In this document: piece after piece, positions 1 through 18,079 of the stretch
How the letters are laid out: each line of letters opens with the position of its first letter
Position numbering within the stretch: the stretch's first letter is position 1
Assembly: GCA_043228905.1 (NCBI GenBank)
Contig: JBHGNT010000015.1
Location: forward strand, 3,782,001-3,846,000
DNA from: Azolla caroliniana
Lineage: Eukaryota > Plantae > Polypodiophyta
Length of the DNA stretch: 64,000 nt
Direction: 5' to 3'
The notes under the pieces: model-generated
Told to the model about the DNA's origin: nothing
The model's input: the letters and a program-made list of their open reading frames with translations, nothing else
The model's database searches: none
Made by a program: the position numbers and the translations under genes

Positions 1-423
1 AAAAGATGCTAAGTTGTAGTTTCTTTATGGATTCTCATTCTCATAGTATATAATCAAGTCTCACAACGTTTGTTACCATCCATAGAAGGTTATATCATCA
101 TCTGGTTGATTGATGCTCCAACTGTATTTAAAAGGCTCACATACACAACAATCTGCACTAGTAAAAATGCCTCTAAAGAAAGAAACCCTTTTCATATATA
201 AAGATTTTTGCAAATTTTGGAGCATTGTTTTTCATAAGGAGCAAGGAAAAAAGAGGATTCCCCCCTTTTTTCATATCTCATTGGCAAGGCAAGGATAAAA
301 AACCTTTTTACCACCCACATTGCTTTGGGCAGACAGCAGCTTTATGTCCAGGATAGCCGCAAATAAAACATGATGGGATGCTCCTGCACATTTTTTTAAT
401 TTGAATCAGCTTATGTAACTTCT

Positions 424-4007
<3,584 letters not shown>

Positions 4008-4217
4008 GGTGAGGGACAGTTTAGATCCCTTCAACTCATAGTCACAGAGAGGAAGACCATAAAAGCACAACAGAAACAGAGTGCCAGTGTTCAGTTCTCC
4101 CCTTCCAGAGTCTATCTATGTGTGTTCTGTCTTTGCTCTTGAGTTCAGGAATAAGAGGAAATCTTTTCTTTACTCTCTTTCTCGTGCATATATATATTAT
4201 TATCATGGGCTTTCCCA

Positions 4218-4324
4218 AACAATCGGCAACGGTTCGGTTTGAACCGAACCGAGACTCGAACCGCGGCTTAACGGTTTAAACGGTTCGTTTTTGACCCTCT
4301 CGAACTGAACCGTTGCCAATTGTT
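4218..4324. mobile_element. Short MITE-like element with terminal inverted repeats, possibly hAT-type
   Basis: AACAATCGGCAACGGTTCGGTTTGA and TCGAACTGAACCGTTGCCAATTGTT form ~25-bp imperfect TIRs. Internal AACCG/CGGTT repeats. Flanks CTTTCCCA and ATTTCCCA match 7/8 as a candidate TSD. Confidence 0.6.
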
Positions 4325-5543
4325 ATTTCCCATTATCAAGTTAAACACACCAACGAAGTATTTCTTTTAACCTCACCAAAAATAGTTTGTTTGTTGAAAA
4401 TCTCTCTTTATCACTGTGCATGTAGTGGTGCAGTGTGTTGCTCTCCCTAGGCTCACATGATCATAAATGCGTAAAAGGTTTTTAGTTGTGTCAAGTTGTT
4501 TTATCATTCTACCTCACTCTTTGATATAGGTGATCTATTGATGCCCACTCGGCTTGCGAGATGATAGAGAATTGCATTTTTATTCTTGAAAGTTGCAAAC
4601 TAGTGTACAATCAATGCCCATTTTGCTTTCTCTCTTGTAAAGGTAGTGGGGGATGTGATTACGCATTCAAAGGTTGATACAATGTGAAAATGATGGAGAT
4701 TAGGGACTACAATGTTGCATTTGAATGATGCTACTTGGAAGAGGGATTGTTTAAGTTGTCAATAGATATGTTGTAACACATAGTATGCCAAGATTTATTG
4801 CACGATGATCTAGAGATCACATGGATAAGCCCTTTCAAAGGTGTTTTGTAAGCCTCCTTGTATCACCTTTCATTTGTGTAGCAGCCTCAAAATGGATTAT
4901 ATTCCACGCATCATAATTGTTTCTCTACATGCATTGTCCTCATGTTATGTAGTGCAAGCATAATTAATAAAAAGCCTGATTTGTTGCAAACGCTTTTATA
5001 TGCACCACCTTTACAAATATTCAATACCGGAGATACATAACTTTTCAATGTAATGGTATCATTGGCATGAAAATTTACACCAGAAATAAATTAATAAATA
5101 CGCATATACACAGTATAAATGGACTACACTTAGATACATAGGCAATTAATACATATTGATGTGTAGAAACTTCATAAGCTTAGGTAAATGAGAAAAAAAA
5201 ACAAATAAATATCTTGTAAATTTCAAGCCATTGACTAGGTATCTCAAGACGTATTTTCACATTGTTTTGAATATCCATAATTTTTGAGTGTTCATTTCAG
5301 ACCTGTTAATGATTTTACTAGAATAATATACAAAATTCCAACAAGATATTTCACTTGAAGTGGTTCAAAAGAAAAAAGAAATAAATGAGACCACAAATTT
5401 GAATTGGAACCAAACACTACAAATGCTGATTGCAAGTTGTGGCATCTGCCCCAAAATTCAATGTCATAACAAATTCGATGCATAAATTTTAACTGCTCCA
5501 ACTGCAAAAGAAAACAATCACTTAGTATTTTCTTCTTCAAAGA

Positions 5544-5890
5544 CCATGCATTCTATTTTCACACATGAAACTTGCACCATCTGCTTACCACTCTAGTATG
5601 TTTTACCAAAGAGGGAGTAAACAATATTATATGCATACTTAAAACACTTTTGTTAAAAATTGAGATCCTATCAATTGGATTTCTCCAATATGAATGTAGG
5701 CTATTGTTTCTTCTTTGAAAACCATGCATTCTATTTTCACACATGAAACTTGCACCATTTGTTACCATTCTCGTATGTTTTACCAAACAGGGAGTAAACA
5801 TTATTATATGCATCCTTAAAGATCTTTTGTTAAAATTTGAGATACTATCAATTGAATTTCTCCAATATGAATCTTTCCTCTATTGTTGTT
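5544..5890. repeat. Tandem duplication, ~178-bp unit x2
   Basis: CCATGCATTCTATTTTCACACATGAAACTTGCACCAT recurs at ~5544 and ~5722. Confidence 0.75.
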
Positions 5891-8091
5891 TGGCAGATGG
5901 TTCCTTGGAATTCTATCAATGAGCAGATTTGCTCATGAATGTAGTGAATACTTTCATGCCATTTTGAACAAAAAACACAAAGTTCTAAGCGATGATTATT
6001 ACCTTCTTTCTTATGATGTGGTATTTCCAAGTAGAGATGAGAAGATAAGATTGAAGACATAAATAGCTCAACTCCTGATTAATGGAGGAGATGACAATAA
6101 TGGTTGGAGAGTAGATTGGCTCTTACCAACCAAACAATCAAGGACTATTAAACTTAAAACACACAAGGCTTACTTTTTTCTCTACCACAAGAATAACAAT
6201 AATAATCATTGCTTGGCTGCCTTCAAAGTAATATTTTGTAGTACATTCGCATGTGGCTCATGATTGAGTTTTACATTTGAAGGGCCACCATTCCAGGTAT
6301 TTGCCGATTCCTATTAACAGTGACCCAAAATCATTATCATATGCTGATAACCAAAATTGGGAGGAGCCAGGACCAAGGAGACATCAGAAATTGCCAATGA
6401 CAAAATCTCCAGACCACTTTCATCTAGACGAGGGGCTTTTCTGTTCATTGTATCACGGCTTTCAACACCTCGTAATTCACGTACAAGCCAGTCTTAGCCT
6501 CTAAATAAGGCTTCAAAGACATAAACGTAAAATTAATTCTATCCAATGCACTCTCAAAGACATGATTGTAAAATTAATTCTACCCAACGCACTCTTTCAA
6601 AGACATGATTGTAGAATTGATTCCACTCTTTCAAAAACACTCTGCTTTCTCTCTTGATTACATGCTCTGTTGCTTGGTGTGTGATGATGGTGTATGCCAC
6701 TTTGCTTACAGTTCGGGATGGGGTTAGGTACAGGTTTTTGGTAAGGTTTTGGAGCAGTGCCAACAGATATAGCATAGCAGGTTCAGTGTAAACAGTAGTG
6801 GGCTCGTTATTAATGGTCTAGGCTTGGTATCAACGACAGCAACAGGCCATGTAGGTCAGGTCATCACATCGAATCACCGGGATTTTATTCAAGAAGAGAT
6901 CATATGAGATTATGCGGAATTGATGCTGAAGAGGATGAAGTGAAAACTGAATAATTTTATTACTTGAATATATCATTTTACACTGCTTTAATGATAGAAC
7001 TTTAATCGTCTTGAGAATGCAAGACAACTTACACCTCTCATATATGTGTAGGGAGGAATATTCGAACTCTTGATTGTCGGTTGATGGGTGAAAGCTCTTT
7101 TGATGGGTTATTCCCCTTTCTCTTTCTTCTTTATCACTCTCCTTCATTTTCCTTTGTTGTGGGCAGCTCTTCCTTTTCTCCCTCTTATTCTCTCTGATCA
7201 CTATCTTCTTCTTCTTCCTCCTCCTCTTCACTTCACACTCTTATTCCCTAATGCCAATGCCTGCTTCTTCACTTCACTCCTCAATTCATTTCTTCATTCG
7301 TTCGTTTGATTTCCCCTCTCTCCCTGACTGGTTTTTTAAGGCTACTCACCACCCTCATTACGATGCTTTAGATGCTTCTAGGCTTTCTGGAAGCTTCTAG
7401 AACTTTCTAAAAATGGCCATGTTCTAATTTAGGCTAATCATTCCCTCAAATTACACATATGCCCTTAAATATATAGGGCTTATATTAATTCATAATTATA
7501 AAATTGGTCTTTCTTAACTTTGGATCAATCCTGTCTTAAATTTACAAACATGGCCTAAATAATTGAGAGGCCACAATGTAGTCTCTGAACATCTGATTCA
7601 CACATTTGCTCTAATGGCCCCTTTATCGCTGGGCCTAGCTGTTTAGAGTTTAGGGTTTAGGGTGGGCATAATGCCCTTGCAATTTCTGTGAGTACTGTGA
7701 AACCGAGCAAACTTATGACTAATGAGCACACTGAATGTCCAATTCACACATTTGTTCTAATGGACCCCTTACCGCTGTTTAGGGTTTAGGGTGGACATAA
7801 TGCCCTTGCAATGTTCTATGACACCAAGCAAACTTAGAACTAATGAGCACATGTGATGCCACCAACTACAAGGATACCTACCACAACCCTACTATGAGTT
7901 GTATTGTGAGGACTATCATGAGAACCAGCGAAACTGCACCTACAAGTATGATAATATTCTTGAAAACATTAATGACAATGCATGTAATGTTTTAGCGAAG
8001 GAAGATGAGGAGAAACTAAACTAGTTGCAACTTGACTAGGAGATCATAGTGATTGCCCTTGCCCATATGACCACCAAACCTGAAAGGCATA

Positions 8092-8370
8092 TGTTAGGTG
8101 TAAAGGCCCGTAGTTCACAAATTAGGTAATTATTCGTATATGTGAACACATTGTTCACCTGGACAGGACACCTTTTTTTTTTGTAATGTGAACACACCAC
8201 TTTCTTTGTAAGGTTAACTAATATAATAACCTTTTTTTCTCTTGTGTACCAATCAAGGCGGTTGGGTACACCAAAGATCTGCGTGTCTCTACTCTCATCT
8301 CTACTACAGTCCTCTTTGCTGAATGTCATCTCTCAATAGCTGATCTGTCAAACATCCCTCTTTACCTTTA
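8092..8370 (+). repeat. 5' LTR of the copia element
   Basis: Direct repeat of 12755-13033, followed by the PBS. Confidence 0.95.
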
Positions 8371-8545
8371 ATTGGTATTAGAGCCAAATCTCTTTCCTCT
8401 ACTTTGCTGTTTTTCTTTAGATTCAGAATCAGCAGAAAACACAGATTTAAAAAATAAAAATAAAAAAAATAAAAAATCTGTCAGACCCTTTCCTATTGGT
8501 ATTCTGCTCAATTTCTGAAGGCATCTGTCATAAATCTTGGGAGCA

Positions 8546-11500
8546 ATGGCCTCCACTTCAGCTGAAGTGAAAAACCTCTTTGAAATCAAGAGATTTGATG
8601 GAAAAGGTTTTGAATTGTGGAAAGAGCGTATGCTGGGCATCCTCTTTCTAAGAGATTGTGAAGATGCTCTTGTAGAAAAGAAACCAGAGAGCATGGAAAA
8701 TGATGCTTGGAACACTCTGAATAAGAAAGCCATTACATATATTAAAATGGCTGTTTCTGATGAAATTCTTGTAGATGTAAAGGGCTTGACTACTACCCAT
8801 CAAGTTTGGGAGAAACTTAAGAAAACTTACGAGAATACTACTCCTGTGAATCAGGTGCATTTGATGAGAAAACTTGTCAGTATGAGGCTTGATGAGTCGA
8901 AAGGTGCAACAGAGCATCTATCTTTATTCACAGGTACTCTCTCCCAACTACAAGATTCAGGATTACCAGCTTTTGATGACAAGCTCAAAGCTATCTTCCT
9001 ACTTATGACTTTACCGGATTGGTGGGAAACATTAGTTGTTTCACTATCTAATAGCCCCACCTTGACCTTCGATGGTGTGCGGGGCTCTATACTCAGTGAA
9101 GAGATTAGAAGACAATCTAGCGGAGAAGGTAGTGGTTCAGCATACAATATTAGGGGGAGATATGATAAGAGGAACCCAAATGTAGGACAAAGAAATAGAA
9201 GTAAGAGTAGAGGGAAAGGAAAACAACAAGATATCACTTGCTATCATTGTGGCCGTAAAGGTCATAAGAAACCTGATTGTAGATATTGGAAGATGGAACT
9301 AGAAAAGAAGAAGAATGTAGGAGAGAAGAAAAACAAAGAGGATAAGTTTAATACAACAGAGAAAGCTAATATGGCTTCAAATGTTATCATTGAAGACCTA
9401 TCTGGTGAAGATGGTGATGTACTTTGTATTACAGGTGATGCCTTTATAGCTCATGTTCAAGACATGCAAATCAACAAAACAGATGTTATTGATGCTTTAT
9501 TGTCAATCGATGATGGATTGACACAGACATGGATAGTAGACTCTGGGGCTTCTTTTCATGTTACTCCATGTTTGGAGTGCTTTACCACATTTGATGCAGG
9601 CAGTTATGGAAAAGTTTATCTTGGTAACAATAGTGCTTGCAATATTGATGGTATTGGAACCATACACTTGTCTTTGGATAATGGTCAAGACCTTGTGCTC
9701 AAAGATATTAGGTATGTACCTGGCATAAAGAAAAGTTTGCTATATGTAGGACAGATGGATTTGCATGGTTACACCACATTATTCGGTGGTGGATTATGGA
9801 AACTAAAGAAAGGATCTATGGTTATTGTGAAAGGTTGCAAAAAGGGCACTCTGTACTGTTTGCAATGCAAAGCTTTACCTGGAAAGTTTCTTGCTATTGC
9901 TGAATTCGACTCTCATTTAGAGCTTTGGCATAAGAGATTAGGACATATGAGCCAAAAAGGACTTGAAGTCCTTTCTGCTTTAAAAAGATTTGATGTTAAA
10001 GGATCAAAGCTGGTTTTTTGTAATGATTGTCTATTTGGCAAACAAGTGAGAAATTCTTATTATTCTGGTATCTCTCGTAAACCAAATGTGCTAGATTTGG
10101 TGCATTCTGATGTATGTAGCATGCCTGTAAAATCCTTGGGCGGTGCTGCATATTTTATTTCCTTTATCGATGATTATTCTAGGAAGATTTGGGTGTACTT
10201 GATGAAAAGAAAAGGTGATGCATTTGATGCATTTAAATCTTTTCATGCATTTGTGACTACTCAAAAAGGGACAAAACTGAAATGTCTAAGAACAGATAAT
10301 GGGGGTGAGTTTACATCTGCAGAATTTAAGTCTTATTGTGACTTACATGGTATTAAAAGAGAGCTTACTGCTCCATATAACCCTTCATCAAATGGGGTGG
10401 CAGAAAGGTATAATAGGACCTTGTGTGAGCGAGTACGATGCATGCTGTCCACAGCTAATCTCCCTCATGAATTTTGGGGAGAAGCATTAAAAACCGCGGT
10501 TCATATATGTAATCGTTCTCCCAACAAGTCCTTAAAAAATGGAATCCCTGAGGAGGTTTGGTCTGGCAAACCAGCTTCATATGACCATTTACGAATTTTC
10601 GGTTGTGATGCATTTGTACACATTAGAAGTGAGCTGAGAAATAAGCTCGATGCTAAGTCCACCATGGGCATTTTTATGGGCTATGGTGATGAAGGTGAAA
10701 TGGGCAATAGGATTTGGTTACCTCAGTCCAGAAAAATTGTATGCAGCCGGGATGTTGTTTTTAATGAAGAAAAATTGCTGAAAAATGCTTGTTCCTCTGT
10801 TGGGAACTCTAAGAGCGTTACATTTCAGCAATTACAGCCATCCACAAAATCTGAAAATAAACCTCATGATGCTATACCAAAGGTTGAATATGATGGTCAA
10901 CCGGTTATCTATGAGCCAGAAGAAGTTGGACAGCAAAGAGATGCTCATGAAGATATTGGTCAATGAGATGAAGGTACTGAAGAACAAAATATAGATGTCG
11001 AACAACATGCTGGACATGGTTCGCAACAGCCAGAAAGTGCTGAAAATGATTTTCCTCCAAATTTAGAACCAATCCCAGAAAATACTGATCATTGGGTATG
11101 CAGGTCTAATCGTTCAAGGAGGCAGGTATATAGATATGACCCCTCTTTGCATTATGTCATGCTGTCAGATGAGGGTGAACCTCTTACTTATAAGGAGGCA
11201 ATGTCATGTAAACTTAGCAGTAAGTGGGAGCTTGCAATGCAAGAAGAAATAAAATCTTTATATGCAAATGATACATGGGATCTTGTGTCCTTACCTCAAG
11301 GAAGGAAAGCTCTTCCAAATAAGTGGGTTTATAAGGTAAAGGAAATTGAAGGGAAACCAAAATACAAGGCAAGATTAGTTGCCAAGGGTTATGCACAAAA
11401 GGAAGGTATTGACTTCCAAGAGGTCTTCTCTCCTGTTGTGAAGATGACCACACTTCGTGTGCTATTTGCTCTCACTGCAATGCTTAATTTGGAGTCGTAC

Positions 11501-12724
11501 CAAATGGATGTAAAGACCGTTTTTTTGCATGGTGATATTGATGAAGAGATCTACATGAAACAACCTGAGGGTTTTGTAGTCTCTAACAAGGAGCATTTGG
11601 TATGCAAACTAAAACGTAGCTTGTATGGCCTAAAACAAGCACCACGACAGTGGTATAAGAAGTTTGATACTTTTATGCTTTCTCAAGGCTTTGACCGTAG
11701 CTATGCAGATCATTGTTTATACACGAAAAAGGATATCGATGACAGTCCTATCATACTTGTTTTATATGTGGATGATATGTTGCTAGCTGGGAAAAGAAAG
11801 ACTAGTCTTGATGCTCTAAAAGATCAACTGAAATTGGTCTTCTCTATGAAAGATTTGGGAAATGCAGAGCATATTTTGGGCATGAGAATCAGTAGAAACA
11901 GAAAAGACAAATTGTTGTTTTTGTCACAAGAAAAGTACATTGAAAAAGTGCTTAACAGATTTAATATGGCAAAAGCAAAGTCCCTTGGAGTTCATTTGCC
12001 GTCATATCTTAAACTCAGCAAGGCTGATTGTCCAAAGGATGAGATGGAAATCAATGCTATGAAGGGAATTCCTTATGCATCAGCATGTGGTTCTCTAATG
12101 TATGCTATGGTAGCTACTCGTCCAGATATTGCTTATGCAGTGGGAGTTGTTAGTCGCTATATGTCTAATCCCGGGAAAGCACATTGGGAGGCTGTCAAGT
12201 GTGTTTTCAGGTATCTTAAAGGTACACAGAGAAAATGTTTATGCTATGGGAAGGGTGCATTAAATTTGCAGGGATATTGTGATGCAGACATGGCAGGTGA
12301 CTTGGATACACGTAAGTCTACTAGCGGGTATATATTTACAGTTGCTGGTGGAGCAGTGTCTTGGTGCTCCAAATTGCAAAAGATTGTAGCACTGAGTACT
12401 ACTGAAGCTGAATATATTTCAGCTACAGAAGCTTCAAAGGAAGCTATATGGCTCAGCAGACTTGGTGAAGATCTTGGCATGTCTGTTAGTACTCCTGTGT
12501 TAGGATGTGATAGCCAGAGTGCTGTGTATCTGGCTAAGAATGCCATGTTTCATTCGCGCACCAAACACATTGATGTGCGACATCACTTTATTAGACAAGT
12601 TTTGGAGGATGGTCTAGTCACATTGACCAAGATCAAAACACAGGATAATCCTGCAGATATTCTCACTAAAAGTCTTGGCAAAGCTCAACATGAGCATTGC
12701 ATACAGTTAGTGGGAGTTACTTGA
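8546..12724 (+). CDS. Copia gag-pol polyprotein (gag, zinc knuckle, PR, IN, RT, RNase H) with one in-frame stop at 10964-10966
   Basis: CYHCGRKGHKKPDC knuckle, WIVDSGAS protease, WHKRLGH and LRTDNGGEF integrase, LYVDDML RT, NPADILTK RNase H. ORFs 8537-10966 and 11147-12724 share one frame, which is open between them. Confidence 0.93.
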
Positions 12725-12754
12725 ATGTTCACATCGGACCTTTAAGTGGGAGGT

Positions 12755-13033
12755 TGTTAGGTGTAAAGGCCCGTAGTTCACAAATTAGGTAATTATTCGT
12801 ATATGTGAACACATTGTTCACCTGGACAAGACACCTTTTTTTTTTGTAATGTGAACACACCACTTTCTTTGTAAGGTTAACTAATATAATAACCTTTTTT
12901 TTTCTTGTGTACCAATCAAGGCGGTTGGGTACACCAAAGATCTGCGTGTCTCTACCCTCATCTCTACTACAGTCCTGTTTGCTGAACGTCATCTCTCAAT
13001 AGCTGATCTGTCAAACATCCCTCTTTACCTTTA
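12755..13033 (+). repeat. 3' LTR of the copia element
   Basis: Direct repeat of 8092-8370, preceded by the PPT. Confidence 0.95.
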
Positions 13034-16000
13034 GCATAGTGGGGAACTTTACAACATCTAGTTGCAATAGCTCATGTTAGAAACTAAGGAGTTAAAATGA
13101 AGAATAAATGCAGACGACACCTTCTGTTTCACCCTTCTCAAAATGGTGCCCACAAATACAACTGATAATGGCATCTATATTTTGTCACCCATGCCAAACT
13201 CTCACAACTACCCGGTAGTGCACAATCGCACTAATCCCACTACCATTCACACCTTCGAGAGTGATGGAGAAGCATAATAATGGCAATTGATCTATCATAC
13301 CTATTGCACCTAAGCCTCCACCTGAGGTTCAATCCACTACTGCTCCATCAAATACTCTATCTTCCACCTGTGCAACAGCATCTATGCCTGCACAGATATG
13401 AGGCACCAACTGCAGCTGCAGCATTTTCACTCATGCCAGCTTTTGCAGCGGTAACAAAATTGCCGTCCACCCAACAACCACCATTGTACCTGCTCCTATT
13501 GCTGCTATGTTGCAACCCACAATGTTGGACAGCCTGCCCATCTCACCACCACACAGCCTGCCCACAATGTTAGACCTGTGGCTGCCTTGGAGCCAAATCT
13601 CCTAACCAATCCCATCACCCCACCTGTACTTAACCAGACCACCTCTCTACAGCTGGATCCACGGCCATTCTGGAGCCTGATTTGCCTGCCTTCCCAGCGA
13701 TTGAACAACATGAGTTGGCCCTCCTACATACTGGCTGCCTCCATCCTGCTTGTCGTTTCTTATCACTACTTAATTATGTGTTGATTCAGTATAAACCCCT
13801 TATTGTTTCCTTATTAACGTGTGTGTGTGTGTGTTAGGAGTTTGACCACTTTTAGGCTGATCTATGCCCCACCAGCACGTGTCTTACATTATGGCGTGTT
13901 CTCCACATTGTTTGCCACCCGGAGTGAATCCAAGCTTCCGGAGGCAAACCATGAGTTAACAATGAGGATTTTACTTATAGCTCAAGCTAGAGTCAGCTGC
14001 TGCAACTCAGCTATAAGATGGAGTTCGAGAAATGGCTTCACATGGTACTCTAAGCATGTTTCTCAACCTATCAATGAACTTACCTAAAGTTTGGACCAGA
14101 TGTTCAGGATTTCATTTTCAAATCAACCTACAAAAGGTGTAGCAAAGCAGAAGATACACCATTGATCCACAGAAATAGAGATAGGCTGAAACCCAGTCAT
14201 CCCAAACTAATGCAAACAGTAGATATCTACTAGATCATGAAGCCAAGAAAGTAGAGATTATATGATTATAGATAACCTGGAGCTAGCACTTCCAAGATCC
14301 TGTAAATCTCAGATCATCTACATAAACAATAATGAAACCACAGATAGCCAAATATATCAGTTAGAATCGACCACGATGTGGTAGAGGCTGAGGGGAATAA
14401 TATAAGCATACCACTGTTCATACCATAACCACACCTAACACTTGAAGTCTGTAAACACAATCCTCTCTACCAGGAACAATGAAGTCAAGTATTGGTCCAC
14501 TTACCCTTATTGGCTGAGCTGTCCATTACGAATGATAAGACACTTTCCATTACCATAAGGAACACTAGTCACCCACAACATGTTTCTTAGGATATCAGCA
14601 GATCTCTAGGGGACATAGCTATCGTAAAAAACCACTTCAGGCCATTGAACATAATCCTTCGTAACAGGATTATGAGCCATGTGCCATATATTTAAGCTTG
14701 TCAATCAAAGTTTCCAATGGAAACCAATGACCTTTCTTCTCAATGGTCAGAAACAGTGTTGCTGATTCTCAGTTATTATACAATAATCCTTGAATCACTC
14801 GTGTGAATGGCAAAACCACTGTTCCATACATGTGATTTCAAACATATCACATCTCTACAATGATCTTCCAAAAGAACTTATGACCCTAATTTATCTATTG
14901 CTGTTTAGCATGGCCATCATAACACACATTTTCTGGTCTGAATTAAATGAAATTCTCAACAGTACAATTATGAAAACAGTCATTAATTTCAAAGAAATAC
15001 AAATATCTTGATAAATTCATTCTGTTCCATGTCATCGTCATTACCATAATATGACACTATAATAACCTTTTTCTTTATTGACAGTTTCCTAATATGAGTT
15101 CACTGCGTCATATCTCCTCACTTTAAGTCCTTTACAGAGACTTAGTTTTGTGTGCATATATACGATTATTTTAGTGTAATAACGATTCAAACAGTGTATG
15201 AGTAAGTGAGAATAGAGTGGCAGTTTACTTTCAAAAAGACCCAATGTTTTGATTGGACCTCCCTGTTCATGGTTTGTTTCTGATCGATTTCTTTTCCCTT
15301 TGCATGAGGTATACATGTACATATATAATATTAACATGAGACACTCAAATTAATGAAGACCAATTTCTAAATGAATCCATTCCTAAGCAACATAAAGGAA
15401 GTAACCATAACTCTAAATTGAGAGAAATGGCTTACCTATTGAAGATAGTTGCCATACATTGCGAAGGCCATTGTAACACAAGAACCAAATCAACAACAGC
15501 ACAAGCATATCTGGAATTCTAGTCAAGGCACATATATGCACACAACTAAAAATTCAATGAAAACTAGTGAAAGAGAAAGCAAATATGTTGGATTTGTCTT
15601 CTCAAACGAAAAGGATACTGAAAAGGAGACGTTCCCACCAATCCAACATATACAATCCAAGAGTAACATTATACAGGAATATCTTCCGATTCAACCAAGA
15701 AATTAGGTTCTTCAACGGATCTTTCTGATGCACAACAGCTTTTGTTTCTGAAATCAAATCAAGATTTTTTTTAAAAAAATGCAAATTCGTCGAGCCTTTG
15801 CTACTTACAGAAAAGCATGGTGGGAGGGAGAGGGATGGGGGGAGAATGTGAAGACAACTTACGAGTGGACATGGCGTCTTCTGCACAGAGATCCAGAGCG
15901 AGATGGGAAAAGGAAATGATCGATCAATCGAAGCCAAAACAGAGTGAGTCTGTGTACAGAATATAATATGTGTCTGGGGGGGGCATACTAAGTTTAGGGA

Positions 16001-18079
16001 AATTGCAGTATATGCCCTCATAAGTATTTTTGGGGATATTACCAAAATTAGCCCTCTTCTATCTAAAAGAGAAACATTCTTCTCCAATTGAAACCAAACC
16101 TAGACACAGTCTCCTCTCACAATCATACGTAACCCTAATCAATCACATTCTTCGGTCCGAAAGAGAAACATTCTTCTTAATATGAAAGCATGGCATAATC
16201 TTCTCTCACAAGCATACTTAAGTGGAATAAAGTCGCCCATTACATGACTCTCTAACTGGACTATTCCAAGGTCTTGTTTAACCCCAGAGGCAGAAAGGAG
16301 GGTGGAAACTTCCTCACAAGTTCCCTCCTCCTTTCCTCCTTGGGGACTCACTTTGTGATTTCTTGAAGTCCACTCTCTCCTTGAAGTCAGGTAGAACTTG
16401 CTTGCCTTTTTATTTTTCAGTTTCGAACTCTAGGCATGACAAATGCATAGGCTCCTTCTTGGTTTCTACTTGGAATTCACCAAATGTTGGTTCTACCTTA
16501 GGAGGGTAGGCATGCGGTATGGGCCCTCAGACTTCTTTATGTAGCTTTCCTCTCGCCAGTTTTACTTGGAACTTGGAACCATAATAACATAAGAGTTGAA
16601 AGGTCCCACTTTGCTTGTGTACTTGCTTGTTGGGATGTCATTCAATCTTCCGTCCCTAATCAATTACTTAACATCAAATACTCTCGTGCTACCTTTTTTA
16701 ATATACATGTATGTTGGTATGATATTTGTTACTTTGATGGTCCCATTGATTGTTACTCATAAATTTGCTAGGCTACGTGCGATCCTAAATTTATATCTCC
16801 ATTTGTCATAAACAAAGTTGACAATCGTAGTATGTAGCCATGGGTTCACTTTCCTTCCGTCTCACCTCATGATTTTAGTTCAAGACCATGTTGCCCCCAC
16901 AAATATGTGTTTACAACATCTACTAGAATACTTGTTTATGCACAACACAATGAACAAAAAAAATGGCACAACTATCTAAATCTTAGTGCACTAATAAGGT
17001 GATTAAAGGTCGTATTATCATCATCAATCGATGGTTTAGGGGTTTTATCCCAATTCCCATATTTATCTACATAGTATGATTCTATTATGTTTATAGAGAA
17101 AATTTGAAGCTTTTGTGTACATTATCTCAAACTAAAGAGGTGATTGTTCCTATCAATGAAATGCAGAAATACACCAATCACCAAAAACGTTAACCCTCAA
17201 CATTTTGCTTACAAAAGATAAGCCTTAGCTCTTCATCATCGTGTTTATAAGATGAATGTTATATGCAAGTACTCAATTGATATAAAAACTTTATCACTTT
17301 CTTCTACATATTTTGGATCAACCATCCTTTCAAGCATTTTGTTACAAATATAGTCATAACAACCTTCAACATATTGCGTATCCCAAAGACTGTTCACCAA
17401 CATAATTCCACTCCTATGTTGTCACAAATAAACTTGATTTATGAATTTGATCTTTTGATGCGAGTTCATTTCCATTTCACTTGTATAAACTCAATCCCTC
17501 ATATGCGTTTCTTGACCCTTTCTCTCATGCACAAATTACAATCAAGAATTGCAATAAAACTTTAAGATATTGTTCAATATATACATCAAGGTACTAGTGC
17601 CTTCATGTATGGTTCGATCCTATTTAACATCATTTGAAGTAATAACTGTATTAACATCATATAACTTTTGGTTTAAACCAATTAATTGTTTAGGGTTTAA
17701 ACATTTGGAAGAAAACTGTTAAGGTTTCATAGCTTAAACAAATTATGGTCAATTTCTGCTAGTCTCCCTAAAAATTTAAGGATTTATAGCTTTTTTCTCC
17801 CGGTCCTACCTGTACCACTAATTATCTTAAACAAAGAGAGAAACCTTGCAATGTGAGCATTCCAAAAAATGCCCTAAGAGTATTAACAAATATGAAGATA
17901 AAAACACACTCAATGATCAATCCTAGTTAACCACTTTTAACAGCAAAAGCTCAACATAAGGCTAAGACACTGTAGGGCAATACAATAATGAGATGAACGA
18001 TAAACGTTATTCATTGATTGAAATTTTCTACATCTGAAAATTACAAGAGATGCATGCCTTAGAATCTACCATTCATCCC

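Larger units (their letters stand above)
8092..13033 (+). mobile_element. Full-length Ty1/copia LTR retrotransposon
   Basis: 279-bp LTRs at 8092-8370 and 12755-13033 with 5 substitutions. TSD GCATA at 8087-8091 and 13034-13038. iMet PBS TGGTATTAGAGCC follows the 5' LTR. PPT AAGTGGGAGG precedes the 3' LTR. Confidence 0.97.

Noticed and set aside
6000-8090. Lys/Glu-rich ORF 6830-7231 and the surrounding decayed sequence
   Set aside because: Low-complexity purine tract, probably old transposon debris, with no diagnostic motif to name it
14100-16000. Possible spliced non-coding gene or snoRNA cluster on the minus strand (GTAAG donors near 15433 and 15860, small hairpins)
   Set aside because: No convincing ORF and no C/D or H/ACA box set could be established by eye; needs RNA-seq or Rfam
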